From assembly GCA_003858585.1 (NCBI GenBank), contig RQZE01000004.1:90001-122000 (forward strand): a stretch of 32,000 nucleotides of DNA, given 5' to 3'. The position numbers and the translations under genes are program-made. The notes beneath the pieces are model-generated. The model saw nothing but the letters and a program-made list of their open reading frames with translations, ran no database searches and had not been told where the DNA came from. Source of the DNA: Erysipelotrichaceae bacterium OH741_COT-311. GTDB lineage: Bacteria > Bacillota_I > Bacilli_A > Erysipelotrichales > Erysipelotrichaceae. Position 1 is the first letter of the stretch; every line of letters begins with the position of its first letter. Of the stretch, positions 24,564-32,000 are shown in pieces.

Positions 24564-25518
24564 ATCGTTTACTCGAATCGTAAATCTCCCCACTTGCTTT
24601 TGGTCCAACCGACTTACTTGCAAATAAAACCAAGACAATGATAGTGATAACATAAGGGAATAAACTAAAGAATTCGTTTGGTAGTTTTTGTAAATATGGT
24701 ATTGCACTTGAATATAAACCTAATGTTTGTGCAAAGCCAAAAAAGATACCTGCAAATAATACTCCCCAAGGATTCCATTTACCAAAGATTAATGTTGCAA
24801 TTGCCACAAACCCTAGTCCATGAATGGAACCTGCAAAATAGAAGGTAGATGTTGTTAAAACTAATACAGCACCGGCAAAGCCTGCAAAAGCTCCACTAGC
24901 TAATACACCAATCCAACGCATTTTAACAACATTGATACCCATGGATGCGGATGCTTGTGGGAACTCTCCACAAGAGCGTAGTCTTAAACCAAATGGTGTT
25001 TTAAATAAAATAAACCAAGAAACTAAAACTAAGATAAAAGCGATGTATGTAGTTGGATAAATTCCTTCAAAGAACATTTTACCAATAACCGGTATTTCTT
25101 TTAAAATTGGTATCGACATTTTAGAGAATGTAGCTCCTGTTGAATACGCTTCTGTTGATTTTGCATTAAAGATAATCTCACTTAAATAAATAGTTAAACC
25201 ACCTGCAAATACGTTTAGGGCAGTTCCTGAAATGGTTTGATCTGCTTTCATATGAATCGAAGCAAAAGCATGGATAGATACTAATAATGCCCCTGAAAAG
25301 ATAGCAGCAACAGAAGCAATCCAAACTGCATTTGGTACTCCTTTTGAAGATAAAATCACCAATAATGTAGCAGCAGTAAATCCCCCTACAGACATACATG
25401 CTTCAAGCGCGATATTTACAATACCACTTCGTTCAGAAAATAAACCACCTAATGCTGCAATGATTAACGGAGTCGAAAGCATCAAAGCAATTGGAAACAT
25501 TTCAATAATTAATTTCAT
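24562..25518 (-). CDS. ABC transporter permease (BMP/nucleoside-type, NupQ/YufQ-like)
   Basis: Polytopic 318 aa protein in the last position of the BMP-ABC operon. ATGA overlap with the upstream permease. Confidence 0.85.
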   Translation of the reverse strand: MKLIIEMFPIALMLSTPLIIAALGGLFSERSGIVNIALEACMSVGGFTAATLLVILSSKGVPNAVWIASVAAIFSGALLVSIHAFASIHMKADQTISGTALNVFAGGLTIYLSEIIFNAKSTEAYSTGATFSKMSIPILKEIPVIGKMFFEGIYPTTYIAFILVLVSWFILFKTPFGLRLRSCGEFPQASASMGINVVKMRWIGVLASGAFAGFAGAVLVLTTSTFYFAGSIHGLGFVAIATLIFGKWNPWGVLFAGIFFGFAQTLGLYSSAIPYLQKLPNEFFSLFPYVITIIVLVLFASKSVGPKASGEIYDSSKR

Positions 25519-26609
25519 GCTTTTTTCCCTCCTTTTAATTTTAATTTGAAACCATCAAATTTATTTAACATTAAGATAACTCCATATTGTATCGCAACAA
25601 AGAAAATAATTGCTGCTTGAATTAATTGAGATATTTCTTTTGGTATATTAAATAATTGTAAATTGTTCCCACCTGACTTTAACAAAGCAAATAATAAACC
25701 AGATAACGCAATCCCTACAGCATTGGCAGCTCCAACTAAGGCTACTGAGATACCATCAAATCCATAATTATCAAATAAAGTAAAGATACGACCATATTTA
25801 AATACACCTAACACTACAATTGCACCGGCAGCACCTGATAATGCTCCGGCAATCATCATAGAATATACTGTATTACGTTTTACTTTCATTCCTGCAAAAC
25901 GTGCAGCTTCACTATTGAAACCTGTAGCACGCAAGCTATAACCAAATGTTGTTTTTTCTAGAATAAACCAATACATTACTAAACACAAAACAACTAATAC
26001 AAAACCATAGTTAAACTGTGAAGCAGTCATATCTGTTACTTTAGGTAAAACAGCTGTAATCGGGAAAGCTACGGTACGAGCATTGGTATTTGGATCGATT
26101 TCTAAAAAGGTACGAACCAAGTAATTTGAGAAAAACAAACCAATGTAATTCAACATAATACAAACAACCACTTCATTAATATTATGATATGCCTTTAGAA
26201 ATCCAGGAATAAATCCCCACAACGCTCCTGCAAGCATACCTACCACTAAACATAAAATAATATGCGGTACTAATGGCATATTAATCGTTAAGGCAACAAA
26301 ACTTGCTGCTGTTGAACCGACCATAAACTGTCCTTCTCCACCGATATTGAAAAGACCAGTTCGATAAGCAAATCCAACCGATAAACCTGTTAAAATAATA
26401 GGCATTGCCTCTAATAACCAGTTAAATACATACATCAAATTGATTGGCTTATCTGGTTTAGCTAAGTTATACCCCGTTAAAGAACGTATAAAAGCATATA
26501 ACATATCCATAGGACTACGACCAGTAATCAGTACTACAAGAAATCCTAAAAGCAAGCCAAATACTACTGCAATTAAACTAATTTTTAATGCACTATGTTT
26601 TTTATTCAT
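25515..26609 (-). CDS. ABC transporter permease (BMP/nucleoside-type, NupP/YufP-like)
   Basis: Polytopic membrane protein. ATG 26609 (AGGTGA upstream) is preferred over the ORF-track GTG at 26618. Overlaps the ATPase stop. Confidence 0.85.
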   Translation of the reverse strand: MNKKHSALKISLIAVVFGLLLGFLVVLITGRSPMDMLYAFIRSLTGYNLAKPDKPINLMYVFNWLLEAMPIILTGLSVGFAYRTGLFNIGGEGQFMVGSTAASFVALTINMPLVPHIILCLVVGMLAGALWGFIPGFLKAYHNINEVVVCIMLNYIGLFFSNYLVRTFLEIDPNTNARTVAFPITAVLPKVTDMTASQFNYGFVLVVLCLVMYWFILEKTTFGYSLRATGFNSEAARFAGMKVKRNTVYSMMIAGALSGAAGAIVVLGVFKYGRIFTLFDNYGFDGISVALVGAANAVGIALSGLLFALLKSGGNNLQLFNIPKEISQLIQAAIIFFVAIQYGVILMLNKFDGFKLKLKGGKKA

Positions 26610-28137
26610 GACAATCACCTACCTTTTTGATTGATCCTGACATCATTAAACCAATTTCATTTTCATCCGTATCCTCTGCATTTACATAACCAGATAATTG
26701 TCCATCATAGATAACCGCAATTTTATCCGATAAATTTAAAATTTCATCTAACTCCAATGAAACTAAAAGAACTGCAGCACCTGCATCACGTTGAGCAACA
26801 ATACGTGAGTGAATGTATTCAATCGCTCCTACATCCAATCCTCTTGTAGGTTGCACTACAATCACTAATTTGGCATGACGATCTAATTCACGAGCAATAA
26901 TCGCTTTTTGTTGATTCCCACCTGACATATCACGTGTCTTCGACTCTTTTCCTTGTCCAGAACGTACATCAAATTCTTTAATTAAGAAATCTGCATATTC
27001 ATCAATTTTTTGTGGCTGAAGTATATGATTCACTGAAAAAGGACGATCCTTATAACAATGTATAATAAAGTTTTCTTTTAATGGAAAGTCTAAAACCAAA
27101 CCATGCTTGTGTCGATCTTCTGGCACATGAGCCATTCCAGCATCCAATCTTCCTTTTACGGGTAAATTTGTTATATCTTGTCCATTTAAGAAGATTGATC
27201 CACTTTCTGATTTTGCAAGACCGGTAATCGCATAAACAAGTTCTGTTTGCCCATTTCCATCAATTCCTGCTAAGCCAACAATTTCACCGGCACGAACATC
27301 TAAAGAAAAATCTTTCACAGCTCTTAACCCTTTAAAGTTATTGCAATTTAAATTTTTAATACTTAGAACAACTTCTTTAGGTTGAGCTTTTTCTTTATGA
27401 ACTGAAAAATTCACCTCACGACCAACCATCATTTCAGCCATTTGACGTTCTGTTGTATCTTTTACATCAATGGTTCCAATACACTTTCCTTTACGCAATA
27501 CTGTACAATGATCTGCAACCTCTTTAATCTCTTTTAATTTGTGTGTAATTAATAAAATTGTCTTCCCTTCTTTTACTAAATTACGCATAATTAACATTAA
27601 CTCATGTATCTCTTGAGGCGTTAATACAGCCGTAGGCTCATCAAAAATTAATATATCTGAATTACGATACAACATCTTTAAAATTTCTACACGTTGTTGC
27701 ATCCCTACTGAAATATTTTCAATTTTGGCATAAGGATCAACATTTAATCCATACTTTTCAGATAACTTAGAAATTTTTTCAGCAGCTTTTTTAATATCAA
27801 CAGTTCCATATTTTGTTTTAGGTTCCATCCCTAGAATAATGTTTTCAGTAACAGTAAAACAATCTACAAGTTTAAAATGTTGATGCACCATACCAATTCC
27901 TAATGAATTAGCAATATTGGGATTACTAATGTGTACTTCTTTCCCATTCACTTTAATAATTCCACTTGTTGGTTGATATAAACCAAATAAAATTGACATG
28001 ATTGTCGATTTCCCGGCACCATTTTCTCCAAGTAATGCATGAACGGTATTTGCTTCTACTTGAATTGTAACATTATCATTGGCTCTAATTCCCGGAAAGT
28101 CTTTTGTGATGTTTAACATCTCAATTGCATATGCCAT
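26602..28137 (-). CDS. ABC transporter ATP-binding protein, tandem ATPase domains (NupO/YufO-like)
   Basis: Two nucleotide-binding domains: Walker A GENGAGKST and GIDGNGQTE, signatures LSVGMQQR and MSGGNQQK. GGGAGG RBS. Confidence 0.9.
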   Translation of the reverse strand: MAYAIEMLNITKDFPGIRANDNVTIQVEANTVHALLGENGAGKSTIMSILFGLYQPTSGIIKVNGKEVHISNPNIANSLGIGMVHQHFKLVDCFTVTENIILGMEPKTKYGTVDIKKAAEKISKLSEKYGLNVDPYAKIENISVGMQQRVEILKMLYRNSDILIFDEPTAVLTPQEIHELMLIMRNLVKEGKTILLITHKLKEIKEVADHCTVLRKGKCIGTIDVKDTTERQMAEMMVGREVNFSVHKEKAQPKEVVLSIKNLNCNNFKGLRAVKDFSLDVRAGEIVGLAGIDGNGQTELVYAITGLAKSESGSIFLNGQDITNLPVKGRLDAGMAHVPEDRHKHGLVLDFPLKENFIIHCYKDRPFSVNHILQPQKIDEYADFLIKEFDVRSGQGKESKTRDMSGGNQQKAIIARELDRHAKLVIVVQPTRGLDVGAIEYIHSRIVAQRDAGAAVLLVSLELDEILNLSDKIAVIYDGQLSGYVNAEDTDENEIGLMMSGSIKKVGDCHE

Positions 28138-28160
28138 GAATGATCCTCCCTATTGTATTA

Positions 28161-28191
28161 ATTATACTACAAATAGGTATTTTTTATTCAA
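28161..28191 (-). promoter_or_regulatory. Internal promoter candidate for the ABC ATPase/permease genes
   Basis: Perfect TATAAT (28161-28166, minus strand) with TTGAAT at a suboptimal 19-nt spacing. Lies 23 nt upstream of the ATPase ATG. Confidence 0.4.
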
Positions 28192-28213
28192 TGAAATTTA
28201 ATAGAATCTACAT

Positions 28214-28245
28214 AAAAAAGTCCTGTATATAAATACAGGACTTTT
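28214..28245 (-). terminator. Rho-independent terminator after the BMP lipoprotein gene
   Basis: 12-bp stem AAAGUCCUGUAU-UUAU-AUACAGGACUUU followed by UUUAU. This is the strongest hairpin in the window. Confidence 0.85.
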
Positions 28246-28264
28246 ACTTTATTCTTTTACAATG

Positions 28265-29347
28265 TTATTTAATTCTAGAATCATCTTTTACAGCTGTTTC
28301 ATTAACTGTAACTTCACCATTAACAATCTTTTGTGTCCAAGCATCCACTTCCGCAACAACTTCAGGTGCTAAGTTTGGATTTTCTTTTGGAATACCAACA
28401 CCACCATCTTTTAATGCATAAGTAACTACTCCACCTTTGAATGTACCATCAGCGATTGCTTTTACCGCATTATAAGAAGCAGTATCTACACGTTTTAACA
28501 TAGATGTTAATACAGCTGATTTACCTTCATTACCATATTTTCCATATTCATATTGGTCAGTATCTACACCAATTACCCAAACATCTTCACCAGCTTGACG
28601 ACGTTCAGCAGCTTCTGCGATAACTCCATTACCAGTACCACCAGCTGCATGGTAAACAATGTATGCACCAGCATTGTATTGTTTTGCCGCTAATGTTTTA
28701 CCTTTTTCAGGAGAACCGAAATCATCAGCATTATCATAGAAGATTTCACATTCTGGATATACTGCCCAAACACCTTGTTGGTAACCAGCCCAGAATTTTT
28801 CCATTGTCACTGATTCTTGACCAATAACAAATCCTACTGCAGTTTTGCCAGCATTTTTAGCTGTTAAACCAGCCGCAACCCCAACTAAGAATGATCCTTC
28901 ATGTTCCGCAAATACGGCTTGTTGAAGATTTTCACCTTCTAACCAGTTAACATCAATAATCAATACTTTTTGTTCAGGATAAGATTTTACAACTTCACTT
29001 ACAGCATCAGAAAATAAGAATCCTGCTGCCACTAATAAATCAACTTCTTCTTCTGCATAACTATTTAAGTTTGGTGTATAATCAGCAGCTTGACTTGATT
29101 GTAAATATGCATAAGTCACATTTTCCAATTCATCAGCAGCCTTTTTAATACCTTCATAACTTGTTTGGTTAAATGATTTATCATCAATACCGCCAATATC
29201 TGTTACGAAACCAATTTTAATTTCTTCTGCAGGTGTTTGACCTTCCGTATTAGCTGTTGTATCTTCTGTTGTTGTTTTTTTATTGCTACAAGCAACTAAA
29301 GATAATGCTAAGACTGAAGTAAGTAAAAGTACTAATAGTTTTTTCAT
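28265..29347 (-). CDS. BMP-family (Med/PnrA/TmpC/NupN-like) substrate-binding lipoprotein
   Basis: Signal peptide with lipobox LSLVAC, a Thr/Glu-rich linker, then a BMP-type periplasmic binding fold (FVTDIGGIDDKSFNQ). Start moved to ATG 29347, after GGAGGA. Confidence 0.9.
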   Translation of the reverse strand: MKKLLVLLLTSVLALSLVACSNKKTTTEDTTANTEGQTPAEEIKIGFVTDIGGIDDKSFNQTSYEGIKKAADELENVTYAYLQSSQAADYTPNLNSYAEEEVDLLVAAGFLFSDAVSEVVKSYPEQKVLIIDVNWLEGENLQQAVFAEHEGSFLVGVAAGLTAKNAGKTAVGFVIGQESVTMEKFWAGYQQGVWAVYPECEIFYDNADDFGSPEKGKTLAAKQYNAGAYIVYHAAGGTGNGVIAEAAERRQAGEDVWVIGVDTDQYEYGKYGNEGKSAVLTSMLKRVDTASYNAVKAIADGTFKGGVVTYALKDGGVGIPKENPNLAPEVVAEVDAWTQKIVNGEVTVNETAVKDDSRIK

Positions 29348-29373
29348 CTTTTCCTCCGTAGTCATATAGACAT

Positions 29374-29389
29374 GTAAGCACTTGCTTAC
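29374..29389 (-). promoter_or_regulatory. Perfect inverted repeat at the predicted 5' end of the BMP lipoprotein mRNA
   Basis: GTAAGCA-AG-TGCTTAC (minus strand) begins about 6-8 nt downstream of the -10 and ends 12 nt before the GGAGGA RBS. Confidence 0.5.
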
Positions 29390-29395
29390 GAATAT

Positions 29396-29424
29396 ATCTT
29401 ATACAAAAATAACAATTGTGTCAA
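29396..29424 (-). promoter_or_regulatory. Sigma-A promoter candidate for the BMP lipoprotein / ABC operon
   Basis: Minus-strand consensus TTGACA, 17 nt, TAAGAT. Confidence 0.55.
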
Positions 29425-29435
29425 TTCTGTGAAAA

Positions 29436-29474
29436 GAAAAAATCGACTAAATCTACCTTTAGATTTTAATCGAT
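29436..29474 (-). terminator. Terminator candidate after ftsK
   Basis: Minus-strand AUCGA-UUAAAAUCUA-AAGG-UAGAUUU-AG-UCGAU (interrupted stem) followed by UUUUUU. Overlaps the ftsK stop. Confidence 0.6.
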
Positions 29475-31643
29475 TTGTTCTTTCTTTATATAGACTTCTC
29501 TTGGTTTAGAACCCTGCACTGGACCAATAATTCCATTCGATTCCAAAATATCAATCATTCTGGCTGCACGATTATAACCAATTCCAAAACGACGCTGTAG
29601 TAAAGAGGTACTCGCCTTTTGAACATCAATCACATACTCCTTTACTTCTTCATACAATGGATCTTCATTCGCTGAAACAATACCACCATTATCATCACTA
29701 TCTAACGTTTCAAGTTTAATAAAATTATCAAGATACATTGGCTTTCTTAAATCACTACAATAACTTGCAATGCGATTTACTTCTTCATCCGTTACATAAA
29801 CTCCCTGTAAACGAATCATCGAAGGCTCACCAATAGGAACATATAACATATCACCATTTCCAAGTAGACGCTCTGCACCAACTTGATCCAAGATTGTTCT
29901 AGAATCTATACCTGATGCAACCGAGAATGAAATACGTGATGGAATATTTGATTTAATAATTCCTGTAACAACATCCGTACTTGGTCTTTGTGTTGCAACA
30001 ATTAAATGAATACCACTTGCTCTTGCTAACTGTGTTATTCTTTGAATAGATACTTCAACTTCTTTCCCGGCAACCGACATTAAGTCCGCAAGTTCATCAA
30101 TAATGACAACAATATACGGCATATTTTGCATACTACCCGTTGAATCTTGAGCTACTTTTTCATTATATGCTTTAATATTACGAACACCACATTGAGCAAA
30201 TACATCGAAACGTTCTTCCATAATCGTTACAATCACCTTTAAAGCACTTGATGCTTTAGCTGCATCGCTAATTACCGGTGCAATTAAATGTGGTATTTGT
30301 TGATATGGTGTAAATTCAACCTTTTTAGGATCTATTAATAATAACTTCACTTCATCCGGATGACAACGTAATAAAAATGAAGTAATAATCGTATTCATAC
30401 AGACTGATTTCCCCGAACCGGTTGCTCCAGCAATTAAAAGATGGGGCATTTTATCTAATTGACAATAGACCGGTTTTCCTAATAAATCTTTTCCTAGTAC
30501 AAACAATAGTTTTTGATCCATCTTTTCCATTGGTATTGATTTCACTAATTCTAACATCTTAACTGGAACAGACTCAATATTAGGTATTTCAATTCCAACT
30601 GCCGTTTTCCCTGGAATGGGAGCTTCAATACGAATATCTCTTGCCGCTAACTCCATTTTAATGTTGTCTTGAATGGCATTGATACGACTAACCTTTACAG
30701 AGCTATCAGGCTTAATCTCAAACTTTGTAACACTAGGTCCAATGTGTGTGGCTACTAATTCAGCATTTACACCAAAATTCTTTAATATTTCAATCACTTT
30801 TCGACCCGATTCACTTGCAGCCACTTGGTTGGCATTTGATCCTTGTTGTCCTTTAATTGGATCTAATAAACTAAATGGAGGCAATTTATATTTATCTTTC
30901 GATACTGATTTTTTATGGACTACTTCCTCTTCCTTTATCACAGAATCCTCTATAACTTCTTCAACTTTAGGTGGCTCTTTTAAGGTAATAAAGGTTGATT
31001 TTTTATTAGATACTTCCTTTGGTTTGAAATAATCTTCAAAGCTATTTGCATCAATCACTTCTTCTTGTTTACTTGGTACTTCTTCCAATTCTTTTGAAGT
31101 AAATATTTCTGAGAAAAACTTGCCCATCTTACGATAGGTTTCTGCCGGAATAATTAAGATACCAACAATACTGCACATCGCAACAATTAAAAAATACGTT
31201 CCTAATTTATCAAACAAATAAGAGGTAATCGAATAGAAAAAAGCTCCAAACAATCCTCCTCCAAAATCAACCAATTCTTTTTTAAAGTACAATGAAGTAT
31301 TATGTATATATTTCATAAATACTTCAAATCCAACAGTTTCATCTGCCTTTAATGTTGCTGATAACAAAATAACTGCAATATTTATAATGATAAACGCTGT
31401 AATGTTCTTTAAAGTAGCATATTTTGTTTTTCTTAAAAACAAAATATAACAACTTACAATAATCAAACTACCCAAAATAGCATAATAAAAATTTCCAACT
31501 AGGTATTTCGATAACAATGTTAAATATTGTCCAACAGCTCCAAGTTGAAATGCACTCACTAATGCAAGCATCATCAAAACTACACCTATAATGTAATAGA
31601 TAGTTTGATTTGCTTTTTTTACTACTTTCTTTTTTCTTGCCAC
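29466..31643 (-). CDS. ftsK: DNA translocase FtsK/SpoIIIE
   Basis: N-terminal TM helices, linker, and a motor with Walker A GATGSGKS and Walker B VVIIDELADL. C-terminal winged-helix gamma domain (LLQRRFGIGYNRAARMID). Apparent GTG start at 31643. Confidence 0.93.
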   Translation of the reverse strand: MARKKKVVKKANQTIYYIIGVVLMMLALVSAFQLGAVGQYLTLLSKYLVGNFYYAILGSLIIVSCYILFLRKTKYATLKNITAFIIINIAVILLSATLKADETVGFEVFMKYIHNTSLYFKKELVDFGGGLFGAFFYSITSYLFDKLGTYFLIVAMCSIVGILIIPAETYRKMGKFFSEIFTSKELEEVPSKQEEVIDANSFEDYFKPKEVSNKKSTFITLKEPPKVEEVIEDSVIKEEEVVHKKSVSKDKYKLPPFSLLDPIKGQQGSNANQVAASESGRKVIEILKNFGVNAELVATHIGPSVTKFEIKPDSSVKVSRINAIQDNIKMELAARDIRIEAPIPGKTAVGIEIPNIESVPVKMLELVKSIPMEKMDQKLLFVLGKDLLGKPVYCQLDKMPHLLIAGATGSGKSVCMNTIITSFLLRCHPDEVKLLLIDPKKVEFTPYQQIPHLIAPVISDAAKASSALKVIVTIMEERFDVFAQCGVRNIKAYNEKVAQDSTGSMQNMPYIVVIIDELADLMSVAGKEVEVSIQRITQLARASGIHLIVATQRPSTDVVTGIIKSNIPSRISFSVASGIDSRTILDQVGAERLLGNGDMLYVPIGEPSMIRLQGVYVTDEEVNRIASYCSDLRKPMYLDNFIKLETLDSDDNGGIVSANEDPLYEEVKEYVIDVQKASTSLLQRRFGIGYNRAARMIDILESNGIIGPVQGSKPREVYIKKEQID

Positions 31644-31652
31644 GAATATCCC

Positions 31653-32000
31653 CTATTCATCTATATTAATTTCCACAATCGCTAATAAAATCATTGGTCG
31701 CTTTCCTGTTTCTTTAATCATATACTTAACCATTTTTTCTTTTGCTTCTAAACGGGCTTGCATATTATCATACGTATTGTTTTTTGTATTTTCTTCTATG
31801 GTATCAATTAAAATATCTGCCAATTGTTTAACGATGTAATCGGCATCTTTAAGGTAGATAACTCCTCTTGATTGTACATCGGGTCCACCTATAATTTCTT
31901 TTGTTCTATGATTAATTACAACACCAACAACAATGACACCATCTGTCGATAATGTTTCTCGATCCTTTAAGACCATGCCGCCAACATCTAATTTTTCATT
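31653..32000 (-). CDS. rnj: Ribonuclease J, C-terminal portion only (5' end outside window)
   Basis: The frame stays open to base 32000. ...GGMVLKDRETLSTDGVIVVGVVI...GGPDVQSRGVIY matches the end of the beta-CASP region plus the C-terminal domain of RNase J1/J2. Lies upstream of ftsK, as rnjB lies near spoIIIE in B. subtilis. Confidence 0.8.
   Translation of the reverse strand, partial: NEKLDVGGMVLKDRETLSTDGVIVVGVVINHRTKEIIGGPDVQSRGVIYLKDADYIVKQLADILIDTIEENTKNNTYDNMQARLEAKEKMVKYMIKETGKRPMILLAIVEINIDE

Noticed and set aside
24519-24707. 62-aa minus-strand ORF spanning the permease 3' end and the YmfF-like start; also the 73-aa ORF at 25178-25399
   Set aside because: Both are out of frame within the permease gene. 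The first reads straight through the terminator hairpin at 24540-24563. Neither has an RBS or a motif.
29372-29390. Catabolite-responsive element (cre) upstream of the BMP lipoprotein gene
   Set aside because: TGTAAGCACTTGCTTACG has cre-like half-sites, but it lacks the central CG and has extra central bases relative to TGWAANCGNTNWCA, giving at least 3 mismatches in any register. It is kept only as a generic inverted repeat or 5' hairpin.
29366-29465. Purine/nucleoside riboswitch ahead of the nucleoside-type ABC transporter (also considered for 28138-28264)
   Set aside because: The predicted 5' UTRs are only about 45 nt and about 20 nt, too short for any known purine, 2'-dG or preQ1 aptamer plus expression platform. 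No conserved aptamer junction sequences are visible.
1-32000. Mollicutes-type genetic code (UGA = Trp), considered because of the low GC and reduced synteny
   Set aside because: TGA terminates several well-conserved genes at the expected length (dxr, cdsA, rimM, the 364-aa permease and trmFO; the first four in ATGA overlaps), and Trp positions are encoded by TGG. The standard bacterial code fits all ORFs.

Overview
AT-rich (about 30% GC by eye) core-genome segment of a low-GC Gram-positive bacterium (Bacillota; gene order resembles Bacillus/Listeria, compaction suggests an Erysipelotrichia-like reduced genome). The code is standard: TGA is used as a stop and Trp is TGG. All 34 supported genes lie on the minus strand. 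In transcription order (high to low coordinate) they are: rnj (partial), ftsK, a BMP-lipoprotein/ABC nucleoside-type transporter (4 genes), an M16B peptidase pair (YmfF/YmfH-like), a tail-less SSB paralog, ffh, rpsP-khpA-rimM-trmD-HAD-rplS, lepB-rbgA-rnhB-dprA-topA-trmFO-xerC, rpsB-tsf, pyrH-frr, uppS-cdsA-dxr-rseP-DUF368-galE, and a truncated membrane-anchored hypothetical protein. Intergenic regions are all 158 nt or shorter. They hold only hairpin/T-tract terminators, sigma-A type promoters (mostly TGn extended -10) and two candidate ribosomal-protein leaders. I found no rRNA, tRNA, CRISPR array, transposase, phage gene, toxin-antitoxin or defence-like cassette, and no pseudogenes. I therefore do not see a convincing novel system here; this looks like an ordinary housekeeping region. 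The best leads are modest: a DUF368 polyprenyl-phosphate-transporter-type gene and galE welded onto the uppS-cdsA-dxr-rseP operon; a small SSB paralog with an inverted repeat over its promoter; terminators abutting the next gene's RBS inside conserved operons; an 18-nt repeated promoter module; an about 90-aa charged tail on S2; and one uncharacterised anchored protein at the window edge. Several ORF-track starts (TTG/GTG) were moved to downstream ATGs that have proper Shine-Dalgarno sequences. CDS coordinates include the stop codon.
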